A stretch of DNA of 64,000 nt from Octopus sinensis (taxonomy: Eukaryota): NCBI RefSeq assembly GCF_006345805.1, contig NC_042998.1, positions 111,414,001-111,478,000 on the forward strand, in the 5' to 3' direction. Shown one piece after another: positions 38,838 through 51,339 of the stretch (its first letter is position 1; each line of letters starts with the position of its first letter). The notes below the pieces were generated by a model. It was not told the DNA's origin and searched no databases. It saw only the letters and a list, made by a program, of their open reading frames with translations. The translations under genes and the position numbers were made by a program.

Positions 38838-40030
38838 ATCATCATCATCATCGTTTAAACTTTGCCTTCCATGCTGGCATCAGTAGGACAGTTTACCAGA
38901 AGCTGGCCAGGCAGGAGCCAGCACCAGACTTTGCACCATGCTTCTGTAACTGTTTTGGCAGGATTTTTTACAGTTGGATGCTCTTCCTAACACCAACCAC
39001 TCAGCAGAGTAGACTTAGTGATTTTTACGTGGTACAAGACAGGCAAGGTCAGTTTTGGTAAGGTTTTTACAGCTGGATGCCCTTCCAAATGCTAACACCT
39101 TTACAGTGTAGACTGGATGCTTTTTAAGTGGCATCTGGACTGACTAGACAGAAACAGGTGTATTACTGTAGCTGGGGTACAAGGTTACCTGACCAGATGC
39201 GATCAAGAATGAAGACAGAAACAGGTGTGCTGTTGCAAGGAGATACAACCCAAGGGAAGTGCAGGAGAAGGAGAAAGAGAGTGGGAGACGGCAGGATATA
39301 CATGGTAGCAAAGTGCAGGGCATACTCACAATGGACGGGGATCAGAATATAAATGGGATGGTTGAGTAAAGGAAGAGAGATATAGAAGGTGGGAAGTGCC
39401 AGGGCATACCCTTGAGGTTTGAAAGTAGTAATATAAGTGGCAGGATAGTGGGTGGGGGAATGCCAGATAGCAATGATACAAACAAGCAAAGTCACGAGGA
39501 CAGGATTGGGGAGTGAGAGGTAGGTGTAGTGTATGAAGGAGGAAATGTGATGTAAAGATGTAGATTGGTTTGTTGGGACAGGGTGTGTGAAAAGTTTTCT
39601 TGTTATGTGTGGGTGGAACAGACAGGTTGGGGGTTACCGATAGCAATGATATGATACAGTGAGACACAGCCAAGAGGACAGTATTGGGGAGTGGGAGATA
39701 AGCAGAGTGCATGAAGTGGAAATGCAGGGAAGAGAGATGTAGAGATATAGTTTGGTTTGTTGTGATAGGGTGTGTGAGAAGTTTTCTTGTTAAGTGTGGG
39801 TGGGGCACACAGTGCTTCTAGAAATAAGTTTTGCTGATGTGGACAAGCCTTCTCAAGAACCTCATATTGCCAGACATCTTGGTCCACTATCATTTCCTCC
39901 ATGAGACCCAACATCCTGAGATCAATCCTTATCACTTCATCCCACATCTTCCTGGGTCTCCCTCTTCTATGGGTACCATCTATTTTCAGTGACAGGTACT
40001 TCTTTATGCAGCTGTCCTCATTCATACGCA
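38838..40030 (-). mobile_element. Older RTE subfamily 3' end with long 3' UTR
   Basis: LRMNEDSCIKK..RRGRPRKMWDEVIRIDLRMLGL (39850-40030); internal direct repeat ~39470-39620 / 39640-39800; tail seen as (CAT)nCGTTTAA at 38838-38858. Confidence 0.75.
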
Positions 40031-40624
40031 AGCTGTCCTCATACATATATAGAGAGGTGGGGAAGGGAGGTAGGGCAGGCACAATGGTCATGCAGTTTGA
40101 GGTTTGCTTCCCAATCACATCATTTTGGGCTCAGTCCCACTTGGTGGTATCTTGGCCCAGTACCTTCTACTATTGCTCTAGACCAGCCAAAGCCTTGAGT
40201 GGATTTGGTAAATGGAAATTGAAAGCCCATCATATGTATGTATGTGTGCTTTCTTGTCTTTCTCTCTTGCCCTTTATCTCTTGGGTACATTTATTTATAT
40301 ATTCGTTTTCCCTTTATTAAGTTGTTTATATATTTTTTGTTTATCCCTATTGTGATTGTCCAACCTAGTTTTTCTTCCATTTCTTTCTTTCTTTAATTTC
40401 TTATTCTGTTTTTTCTCCCTCACTTTTTATTCTTTCTCCTTGTCTGTCTCCCTTTTTCCTGTTTCTTCATCTGACTTAATCTCTCTCTGCCAATTAATTT
40501 CATTCTACTTCCTTCTCAAAATACTTATAATAATCTGCATTGTAGTTAAGCATCCAACTTCATTCGGAACATCCAATGCAGAGTTCCAAACTCTCACAAC
40601 AGTGAAACACGTATCGGAACAAAT

Positions 40625-40843
40625 AATCCTTTCTTCTATAGGCACAAGGCCTAAAAATTTGGTAGAAGGGGGCTAGTTGATTACATCAACCTCAGTGTTG
40701 AACTGGTACTTATTTCATCCACCTCAAAAGAACTAAAAGCAAAGTCAACCTCTGCAGAATTTCAACTCCGAATGTAAAGACGGATGAAATGCCACTGAGC
40801 ATTTGGTCCAGCATGCTAACAATTCTGCCAGCTTACCACCTTC
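40625..40843 (-). mobile_element. Family A SINE, CpG-decayed; another copy at 41443-41657 (+)
   Basis: Homologous to 21689-21900, with many CG changed to TG/CA. Confidence 0.75.
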
Positions 40844-42847
40844 ATAATAACAAATTCTATAAAATTGTGTTAACAGTTGAGGATTTGATTTGGTTGGAGG
40901 TAAGATTAGCATAAATATTTACACTTAGCATTATATCAAGGGAATTTGCAGATGCAATGTTATGGTCAATAGGGAATTTTTTTAACATGTGTTCATTGAA
41001 GAATAGGTGCAAATTTTCCCTTAGTTTATCAATATGTTATAGATTTAGTTTATTAGTATTTAGTAACCCATCATCAGTATAAAAACAACTTTCAACTTTG
41101 TTCCTTTGGGAGTTCTTTTGTCAAGTGTGAAAGCAGGAACAGTTCAACAATATCTAAATTCATAAAATTCAATAACTGGGATTATTAACCTTCTGTCACA
41201 AAGGAATTACTTATGATGAAATCAAATTTTGCGAAAAGGTTTACAGAAATCATGGAGGATAAAACTGAAATAATGTTGTTAGCAAAAAAAGTAATTCACC
41301 AACATGACATTACATAGGATCAAAAAAAATCAATGCATAGACCATTTGAGATTAGTTTGGAAGCCCACAATTTAACAAAACTTGCTGAGTTCTTAAAACT
41401 GTTCTTGCAACTAAAAGTTATAGGTAATATATAGTGGCATAATGGCAGCAAACTGGCAGGATCTTTAGCATGCCAGCTGAAATGCTTTGCAGTGTTTTGG
41501 CCATCTTTAAATTCTGAGTTCAAACTCCACCTGGTCCACTTTACCTTTTGTCCTTTCAGAGTCGATGAAATAAGTATCAGTTGAGTACTGGAGTCAATGT
41601 AATTGGCTTATCCACTCTCCCAAACTTGTTGGTCTTGTGACAAAATTTGAAACCAATAAATTGTGGTATAAATTTATTAAAGAGAAGGCTAGTGAATAAT
41701 GTGTATTCCCTTTTTGTCAGAATGTCTCAAGGATATTTTTTTTCCCTACATGAAGCTTTTTGGTGACTTCACAGGCTGCTATCTCACCTTTAAAATATGT
41801 CACCCATTTTTCAAAAGTGATTTTTGGGGGGCAGTTTTAGTATTCAATATTTTATGGACAGCTTGCACTGCAGGGCACTAACTTCATTGTCATTGATACA
41901 AGATCACAATGATTTTCACCTTCAGGCAATATTCCTCCCTCTTCTTGTGTCAAGCATCAGTGACACTACAAAAAATATCTGGACTGTTTTGGCCCACGCT
42001 ATAGTATGCTTTTTCCTTCCATCATCCAAGAAGTCATCACACCAAACCAGGTACAAGTATTTTTACTTCTCTCCTTATTTATATTTAAAGCCAAGACATA
42101 AAACAGAATAAAGTAATGAAGAAAAGATTACTATTATCATTGTTAATATTATATGACTTTACAGGTTGATTATTAATATTACAATAATTTCATTGTTACG
42201 TTAATGTATTTGTTTTGCAAAATTTCTGATGCAAAATTGTGTGTTGAAATTAATCACATGCACTTATATACTCATTCTTCACTTCAGTTTTATTATTATT
42301 CTTATTTTAGTGGCCTTTGTCTAAAATCTTTTGTCACATATCCAGTGAACCCTTCAGTGGTTCTCCATTCCATGTGTCTTCTGTTAATTGGCAAAAAATA
42401 TAACAATAATCTTATTATTATTGAATAAAGCTCAATGTGAAGACAGATATCAAATATTGTGGCCAGATGTATTTCTCCAGATCAGGAAGTTTAAAAAGTA
42501 AGATATCTAGAACATAGACAAAACGTGAGTATAGCTATGAAGACACACACCTCCTAGACTGCTTGTCTCACATCCATGCTGCTTGTCTCACATCCATGCA
42601 TGATATGTATCTTCTAAGATGAGTTGTTGCTCCATACTACATCTAAACGGATGAAGCTGCAGCAGGCAGTAGAGCTGTAAGACATATAGCCACAACAGAG
42701 CTAGCACATGCGCTTGCATACATATATGTGTGAGAGAGAGAGAGAGTGTGTGTGTGTACATGTAAGCAAAGGCATAGTTGTCTGGTTAAGAAATTCACTT
42801 TCCAACCATATAGATAGATAGATAGACAGATAGGTAGATAAATAGAT

Positions 42848-43450
42848 GTGTCTTTTCAAGTACAGCAAATTGCCACATCTGGTCTCTTGTCATTTCCTCA
42901 GTGAGCCCCAGCATCCGAAGATCCTATCTCATCACTTCATCAAATGTCTTCCGGAGTCTACCCCTTCCACGGGTTCTATCCACAATTAAAGCTTACTACC
43001 TTTTACGCAAGTGTCCCCATCCATACGCATCACAACATCTAATTCCACTTATACCCAGTTTTCCTCTTCAACTATTTACACTCTGTCATGCATGCACACT
43101 GACATTACCCATCCAGCAGAGCATGCTAGCTTCATTTCTTTCAACCCTTCGCAGATCTTCTCTAGTCAAAGCCCATATTCCACTGCCATGTAACAGCTGT
43201 ATGTACACAGGCATCATACAATTTGCCTTTCACTCTACGGTGACGCCCTTAGTTACCACCATAAGTAGAAGTTCTCTGAACTTCTCCCAGCCCATCCTTA
43301 TTCTAGCAACTACACTTTCAGAACCTCCCCCTTCACTGCTAACTAGGTCTTCTAGGTAACAGAAGCTATCAACTACTTCTAATGATCCCCCTGAGCATTT
43401 GAGGGAGTCTGTTGTCTGCACATTTTTAGTGCTTATTGTGCATGCCAGAG
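42848..43450 (-). mobile_element. RTE ORF C-terminal fragment
   Basis: SLEVVDSFCYLEDLVSSEGGGSESVVARIRMGWEKFRELL..RGRGRLRKTFDEV. Confidence 0.8.
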
Positions 43451-43479
43451 TGCTTATTGTGCATGCCAGAGCAACAAGC

Positions 43480-43877
43480 TGACCTCCGTGCCGATGGCAC
43501 GTTAAAAACACCACTCGAGCATGATTGTTACCTGCATCACCTTACTAGCATTTGTGCTGGTGGCATGTGAAAAAACATTTGAGCGAGGTTGTTGCCAGTG
43601 ACACTGGACTGGCTCCTGTGCAGGTAGCACATAAAAAGCACCATTTGAGCATGGCCATTGCCAGTACCACCTGACTGGCCTTCGTGCTGGTGGCACGCAA
43701 AAGCATCCACTACACTCTCAGAGTGGTTGGCATTAGGAAGGGCATCCAGCTGTAGAAACTCTGCCAGATCAGACTGGAGTCTGGTGCAGCCATCTGGTTC
43801 GCCAGACCGCAGTCAAATCGTCCATCCCATGCTAGCATGGAAAGCGGACATTAAACGATGATGATGATGATGATGAT
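43480..43877 (+). mobile_element. RTE 3' UTR fragment with (GAT)n tail
   Basis: GAGTGGTTGGCATTAGGAAGGGCATCCAGCTGTAGAAAC..CCCATGCTAGCATGGAAAGCGGACATTAAACGATGATG, the same end as 34500-34666. Confidence 0.85.
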
Positions 43878-44621
43878 ATATATTATATAAATCATATATA
43901 CAAAACTTTCTGTGAATTCAAGACATTTTGTGTTTTCATCCAGCATGGAGATGAACACTGATCCCCTATGTGATCAGTTTGAAAAATTGTTAAGGTATTA
44001 AGATAGTTTTCTCAACATGGAACCAATGGTAGCTTCAATACACAAATAAAGAAATTCTCTCTGCTAATGCAGTGTTGAGCACTCATTCTCATCATTCAAC
44101 ATTTACATATATAACTCCCACTCTCTCTCTAGGTAACTGTTTCTGCCCTCATTCTAGTTAACACTCACTTTCTTTCTCTTCTCTCTCTCCCTCTCAGTGG
44201 CTGGGTAACCATGGACCTCCTTTACAGCAAGACATCTGCTTCTGCCTCTCTGTCACACTCTAATCTTTCATCATCTGACAGAAGATTTGCTCCTCCAATG
44301 CCCCCTCTCCTCTCAAAGACTTTTTGTCTAGCAAAGTTACTCAGTGACCCCACTAGTGCAGGTGCCACTTAAAAAGCACCCAGTCCACACTGTAAAGGGT
44401 GGGCATCTGTAAGGGCATCCAGCTGTACAAACCATGCCAAAACTGACTGTGCCTGTGTGAGTGCTATGTAAAAAGCACTCAGCCCACTCTACAGAGTGGT
44501 TGCTGTTAGGAAGGGCATCCAGCCATAAAAACCATACCAAAACAGACACAGAAGCATGGCACAAAACAAGCAGGCTGAAGAGAACAACATGCAGAGAAAC
44601 CTTAAGAACCCTATTAATGGT

Positions 44622-45014
44622 ACTGGCCTCCGTGCTGAGGGCACGTAACAAACACCATCCGAGCGTGGCCGTCCGCCAGCCCCGTCTGGCACCTGTGTCG
44701 GTGACACATAAGAAAACACCATCCGAGCGTGGCCGTCAGCCAGCCTCGTCTGGCACCTGTGTCGGTGGCACATAAAAAACACCATCCGAGCGTGGCCGTC
44801 TGCCAGCCTCGTCTGGCACCTGTGTCGGTGACACATAAAATCACCCACTACACTCTCGGAGTGGTTGGCGTTAGGAAGGGCATCCAGCTGTAGAAACACT
44901 GCCAGATCTGACTGGCCTGGTGCAGCCTTCGGGCTTGCCAGACCCCAGTTGAACCATCCAACCCATGCTAGCATGGAAAGCGGACGTTAAACGATGATGA
45001 TGATGATGATGATG
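44622..45014 (+). mobile_element. Young RTE 3' UTR copy, near-identical reverse complement of 27364-27766; preceded by an older RTE UTR piece (~44200-44600)
   Basis: Three ~62-bp units CACCATCCGAGCGTGGCCGTC..GGCACCTGTGTCGGTG; (GAT)n tail. Confidence 0.9.
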
Positions 45015-45019
45015 AAAAA

Positions 45020-45706
45020 GATTGTAATCAGAGTACCAAGGGATAGAAGTTATTACAATCCTGCTATTACAGTTGGTGAATTGTCAATTGTAATACCAGG
45101 ATTGGTACAACAGGTTCACATGGGTGGTAATGTATCATTCCTTGTACATTTTACTAAGATAGCAACAATGTGCAGATGTCTAGCTGTTTGGATTCTGAAA
45201 TCATTCAGAACAAGGAAAAAGCAAATTGTTTATCATCTGGACTACCAACACTCCCAAATATGTTCATCTCAAAGTATCGAACACACAGTGAAACTCAAGG
45301 CAATCCAGCACTGCTGCACTAGGAGGATTACATCAGTGTAACAGATGAGCTACTGGGAAAAGCAAGAAGAAATGAGATTCTACTTCCTAGAGAAATGTGA
45401 AAGATATTGGCTGGAAGCCACAATAAGGTGCCGGGGGTCCTTCACTCTTCATCTAATGTACTATGGAAGCTTGGGGTTCAGGAACCTACAACTTCTCAGT
45501 ACTTTGCCAGGGAGGGGCCTGAGAGATCTGTGAGGAAATGTCGAAGGAACATATGGACAAATTTTTACCTGAGATGTTGGATGAGCCCGTGTCACTATGA
45601 TGGCTCACTGCTTCACCATGAATTTGAGGTAAACCAGCAATAACACTAATGAAGATTCCCCAACATGGCTACATGCACTGGCTTAAACCACTAAAAGATA
45701 AAAGAC
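45020..45706 (+). mobile_element. Degenerate CR1-like LINE 3' part
   Basis: WILKSFRTR..HLDY.SQI..MSYWEK.EEMRFY; homologous to 59400-60160, including the tail CCCAACATGGCTACA..AAAAGATAAAAGA. Confidence 0.65.
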
Positions 45707-45833
45707 TCACACACACACATACATACATATATACATATTTATGAAGAAAGATTTTTTAATTAAAATTATTATAATTATATGTATATAAATATATTTTTTT
45801 TAAATCTTAAAAATAAAACAGTAAGACATGTAC

Positions 45834-45896
45834 CTTTTGAAATGTGTCCATGCACACTATATCATTCCATTTAGCTTAATATAATATAGTTTCAGG
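45834..45896 (-). other. Candidate 63-nt upstream (probably 5' UTR) exon of the hydrolase gene
   Basis: Long polypyrimidine acceptor TTTTGTTACTTTTTTGTAG and donor AAG|GTACAT, at the edge of the CpG-poor domain. No transcript evidence. Confidence 0.3.
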
Positions 45897-47613
45897 CTAC
45901 AAAAAAGTAACAAAATTAAAAAAGGAAATTAAGCTTTATATAATATGACACTGGGTATGTGGAAAAAAATACATTATTACGTTTTTCTTTTTCTTTCTTT
46001 TTTTTTGTCGCTTGAATAAAAAAGAAATGTTAATAAAGGAAGTACAAAGCTTAATTTTCTACGTTTGTTTTCAGTTTGTTTTTTCACTTCCTGAAACTTG
46101 AAAAGGTCGAGTGCTAGACTACATAAAATTTTTAAATGTATTCATAATTTTTTTTTACGCACTTTGTTTTATATTTTCTTTAAACATTTATTACTTCTTT
46201 CCTCAGCTAACTTCTCGTTTTCTATCCATTCAAATTCTTAATTTTAACTGTTTGTTTGTATTTGGCATTATATTAAGGAATAAAAAAAAAACAGGTGATG
46301 ACGTAACCATTAAATAACTGAGCTTTTAACAAACGTTGTGCGTTCGATTCAAACCTGGATCTCACTTATTTTCTCTTTTCTTATTTATGAAACCACATTA
46401 CTGTATAAGCCCTTGATCAATGTTCAATGAACGGACGTATTACGAAACACGAACCATGTGTTATCTACAGAAATATTATAGCGCGCATACCATTCCTATG
46501 TCTAGCTGTTGTGAGAGGTGGGGCACTGTCAATTAAATAAACTCTAGGATATTACTAGACTCGATAAGTGGTTTACCAATTGGAAATAGCAGCCAAATTT
46601 CTTCTAAATCATACCCCTATTGCTGGAATGTTTTGACCATGTGTTTACGTATCACCATGTGTGTTCATATGAGTGTATTGTCAATTATGTGTGCTTGAGT
46701 TGTGTATGCGTCTGTGAGATTTATTTTATATCTGCATCATTATGACCCCGTGTACAAGTAATCGGATATGTATGCCTCAGTTAATGTGTGTATACATGCG
46801 ATCTTGTGAAAGCATTTACACTATCTAAAGTTGCTTGTTGAATAAAGCTAGTAGTGTATTGATTCTGAGAAAAACTTAATTCAATCGATGATACAACACA
46901 AACAGAAACAGAGTGAACAGAAGAGAAAGGGTCAAAAGGTGTAATTTTAATTTTTTTTTTTTTTTCTTAGGATAATTTACTTTCACTTTTTACGTCGGAA
47001 TCCTAGACTGTATCACGAACATCGCATTTACCTGGCAGAATCTTGACATAAACAATATGGTTTTGACTCCGCAAGATTTCCAGTTAAGTGTGGTACATAT
47101 GTGTCTGATAAAATGGATATTGTTTTCTATTTATCTTCAATGTACAGCTACTTTGAAATAATAATTTGTTCTTTAAAAAAATATTAATTACATGTGAATG
47201 ATCTTCCACGTAACGAGATTTAGATAGCAAACAGTCGAACAATGTTTATCGGTGTAAGCTGATAACAACATATATTAAGCGGTGTAAATACAAAATTGTT
47301 TCTCATTAATTTAATTCCAGAAAATTAAAGAATTGTTCGCAAATACAATACACATTTAGATATTACCTTATAGAAACATTTAATATAACTTATAGTATAT
47401 TGTGGTTGCATAGCGAAATACCACGTACCTACAAATCATTACACTTCAGAAGTCTTCCGTTTTGCGTGAATTAATTAAATGAGAACTGGCTTAAAATTAA
47501 ATACCAAACTTCTTGGGAATTATTTTCGAGAAAAGTTTTGCATTTATGTGATGGTGTGAGGAAGAAGTTTCTCATAGAGTTGATGATCTGTGTATCTATT
47601 CATCTATCTATCC

Positions 47614-47697
<84 letters not shown>

Positions 47698-48479
47698 TTA
47701 TCTATCTGTCTGTCTGTCTGTCTGTATGTATGTCTGTCTGTCTGTCTGTCTGTCTGTCTGGGGGGTTTTTTTCTAGATAGATAGATAGATAGATAGATAG
47801 ATATGTAGCAGAAGCATGTTCATAGTGTGCTTGTTTTCCTGCAAGTACTCACATGATCACATCGATCTAGCCCTTCTGGCTCTCCATCCCATCACCCGAC
47901 AGATCAGCTGAGCGCTGTAAGCCTACTCGGAGCTATATAAGGAAGCCTTTCCCGTAATTTCTTCAGCGAGGTGGGTTTGCACGATCGAGTTCGGATCTTC
48001 GGCAGACAGCAAGTTTATTTCGCAGGCAGCCTCCGGTGCAGGGCTTGTCAAAAATCGATTGGTCAAAAATTAATTGCAATAATTGCAATAAATTAATTTA
48101 CAATTTGCAATAATTTATTGCGAAGCTACGATTATTGCAATAATTTATTGCGAAGATTGCAATTAATTGCAAGCGTGCGAGGACTGACCAATTCCTTACG
48201 CGCATAGGCATTGCATGCGAGCGCGTGCGTGCGTGCGTGCGTCCACCAAGCCTTATGCCTCAAGGTCGCATGCACGCGTATTGTGTGCATACATGTATCA
48301 CGCGACAGCTCATTGGCTCATGAGACAATTGAGCTTGGCCGTTCTCGCACTCACTCGACGTTTGTAGTGTGATGGAGGAAAAAGACAACAGAAAAAGAAG
48401 CAAAAAGGAGAAAGAAATACATAGACCTTACCTGTTGACCTAGGCGGGATGAGCGATCACTGTCAAGGAAAAAACACGT

Positions 48480-49390
48480 CCTTGCTCACACCCGTCCCTC
48501 ATCGAACTGCCCCACGTGCTTTTTGCCCACGCATGCCCCCGTGGATCTTCCGCTGGCCCCTGCAGCCCTCTCCATCAACACTACATAGCTCATCACAGCC
48601 CATAACACCACAAACACCACAACGTATTTACCCGTTCTGATCACAACCGTGTCCGTGGATTCCCAGAAGATTGTCAAATTTACGAGTACCACTACCCCCA
48701 GAAAATATTTCATCTGACAAGAAATGGAGGAAGCTTTCGTACCAAGAACGATTTCAGCGCCTCACTTTCCAAATCAGAGTGAGCTAGAGGATTTAATCAG
48801 GGATTTGGGTCTTACTAAGTCAGGAGCTGAACTTTCATCAAGGTTGAAGGAATGGAATCTACTGGGGGAAGACTGCAAGACATCTGTGTACTGGAAACGC
48901 CATGAAGTGAGGATCATGGTGAGAGATTTCATCAGGACGTCGCAACTATGGAAAGAAGATACCAAGGACGATAGAATACTGCTATGATGGGAGATTATAT
49001 ATGGTCTCTAGTCAGAAGAGATGAACGTATACACTCCAGAAAATCTCGATCGTCAAAGCATTTCTCATCTTAAGAAAAGAGTTATCAAGGCATTTACAGT
49101 GCAGAGCTTTATTGTTTCATTTTGTTCTAACTAATATTATACTTCCTAAATACTTTTCAATTTATGAAAAAGTACTAAATGTTGTGTAATTATCCTTACA
49201 ATACAGAATAGATTGAACCAACAAAGTGCTGTAGAGAAAAGTTACAAATATAACGAGCAAATATGAAATTAGGAATAAATAAATAACTATCGATGTTACG
49301 TCAAAACGAATGTGATTTTTTAAAATTTAGTGGCAAAAAATGCATATATGAACATTAAAAAATACAAAACAAAACATGTGTTACATTGTG
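48480..49390 (+). mobile_element. Internally deleted Chapaev3-like (CMC) transposon remnant nested in the hAT
   Basis: TPVPH..; PHFPNQSELEDLIRDLGLTKSGAELSSRLKEWNLL fused to SEDHGERFHQDVATMERRYQGR*NTAMMGDYIWSL; right end ..GTTACATTGTG followed by TAA (CAC terminus, TWA target). Confidence 0.7.
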
Positions 49391-50323
49391 TAATAAGACA
49401 TTTGCTAATGTTACCGCAATATGCGGCGACAATGCCGAAGTGAATAAGGCCTTGGTGAGAATATGCAATCTACTATTAGTTGGATGTGTATCTCACCGCT
49501 TCAACCTCGCTGTCATGGATTTTCTTAAACCCCACAAGGAATTGTTGGAAAAACTCAACACCTTGATGGCCATACTAAAAACGCTAAAACTGTCCGGGCT
49601 CCTATTGACTTTCACAACTCTTCGACCTGTTACAAAGAATGATACGAGATGGTCTAGCACTGCCAAAATGGTCGACCGTTATGAACAGTTAAAATCCTTT
49701 CTTTTACAACCTTGTTTTGCGGACTAATGGACTTTATTCTAACTGCCAGAGAAAGTTCGCAGCTATCTCAACTCCACTCACATCTAAAAAAGCTTAACTC
49801 AGTCACATCAGCTCTTCAGCGAGAAGATATGACCCTGGCTGACGCACGATGCTTCTTCGACAAAACGATCTAACTATACCCCTCCATGCAGAAATATCTC
49901 AGCGCCGACGCAGAAATCGTCCAATTCCCTTTGTTCGAGAAGTCTGTGGTAAAAATACAAAGTCAAAAAGCCACTGAGCTGACTGCAGATGAAAAGGAAT
50001 CTATTGTAAGCTTAAAGCTGCTCAGTACACCAGAACAAGAAACGGTTTTGGACGATGAATCAGACAACTTCGCTTGCAAGGTCCTCAAAAAGCGTCGAAG
50101 CAAGATGGGTGCCAGCCAACCACGTTATATTAATACAGCATTCATTTTGCCAACGACTAACTTGGTTGAAAGGTTCTTCAGTGTAGCAGCGAATGCCTTC
50201 GATGATATAAGACATCAATTATCACCCGTAAATCTGGAGAGGCAACTGTTTTTGACTCTAAATGACCATCTTTGGGATAACGAACTTGTTTCGCGTATCG
50301 TTTCATCCAATCCCCTCATGTAA
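49391..50323 (+). pseudogene. hAT transposase C-terminal half (RNase H-like core and dimerization domain), frameshifted
   Basis: ICGDNAEVN, GCVSHRFNLAV (CxxH), DTRWSST, LPTTNLVERFFS, LFLTLNDHLWD. Confidence 0.88.
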
Positions 50324-51339
50324 ATTGTTAAATGCATACTCATTTTAATTGCTAATAGTATGAAACCATCCTTTTTCCATTCATATATATTTCTGTCTTG
50401 ATTGGGGTGGTATATGGGCCCTAAGGGGAGTGTTGTAGGCATGTTTCTCCATCCTAGGTCATATCACACATTGGTGATCGATTTTGTCATTCTGGCAGGT
50501 GGTGTAAGAATTTTTAGAAAATTGCGGGTGATCCAAACATCTTTCGGACAGCAAAGGAATAGATCAATCAAAATTGAGAAAGTAGAGTTTTCCTTAGAAA
50601 TGTACTGTTATTTTTGCAAAAAATGACACTTTTGGATGCGTAAAAAATTTACAAGGGGGTTTTCTGGAGAGCATTGCAATTTATTGCAATTAATTGCAAT
50701 TATTTATTGCGACGAAAGAAAAATGCAATTAATTTATTGTAAAAAAAAAAATAAAATGCAATAAATTCATTGCAACGAAACAAATTTATTTCAAGCTCTG
50801 CAATGCATTTTTGACAATGCCTGCTCCGGTGTGCCTTTGATGCATACGCTTATTCCTGTCTGCCAGCAGAAGTTTTGTTACGTATTTAATTTCCTATTCT
50901 ACATCGCATACATCATTATTATGTACCAAGTGCATGTTAAACCATTGTGTATATATATTCTGACCGTTCTTTCAAGATGTATCTCAACAGCTTTGCCATG
51001 TTAATTCTCTTTAACGGGTTGAATACATCGTCACATTTTATCCTCCTGGTTTTTCTATTTCTTTATCTACACGCACACGTATATTGGAATTCAAACCAGC
51101 CTTATTCATCAACGCAACTTCCCCCATTAAAGATAGATAGACAGATTGCATTTATTCTTTGAGCCAATTAAGTCAGAGCCTGGCAGTTGCTCTGTTCCTA
51201 CGATTTGGATGTTTTTATCCCCAGTACAGTGTTTGATGAGACAAATAAAGTTTTTTAACATTACTGTTATTTTTGTGTTTTTACTTATTTTAAATTTATG
51301 AGAGCGGCATTGTCTTTAAGATGATTGCGGAGCAATAGG

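Larger units (their letters stand above)
48039..50823 (+). mobile_element. hAT DNA transposon (internally rearranged)
   Basis: 8-bp TSD CTCCGGTG at 48031-48038 and 50824-50831; 17-bp TIRs CAGGGCTTGTCAAAAAT / ATTTTTGACAATGCCTG (15/17 match); subterminal ATTGCAAT arrays at both ends. Confidence 0.92.
47804..50903. mobile_element. Possible ~310-bp solo LTR split by the hAT insertion (47804-48038 plus 50824-50903)
   Basis: Starts TGTAG, ends CTACA, contains CTATATAAG, and is GC-richer than its flanks. No TSD found. Confidence 0.35.

Noticed and set aside
41926-42050. Plus-strand AG...GT bounded segment, and plus-strand donors at ~30860 and ~35703, as exons of a second gene
   Set aside because: No recognisable protein and no consistent exon chain; such sites occur by chance.
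45834-45851. ATG in the candidate upstream exon as the true hydrolase start
   Set aside because: A recount gives phase 0, while the downstream exon needs phase 2, so direct splicing is out of frame.
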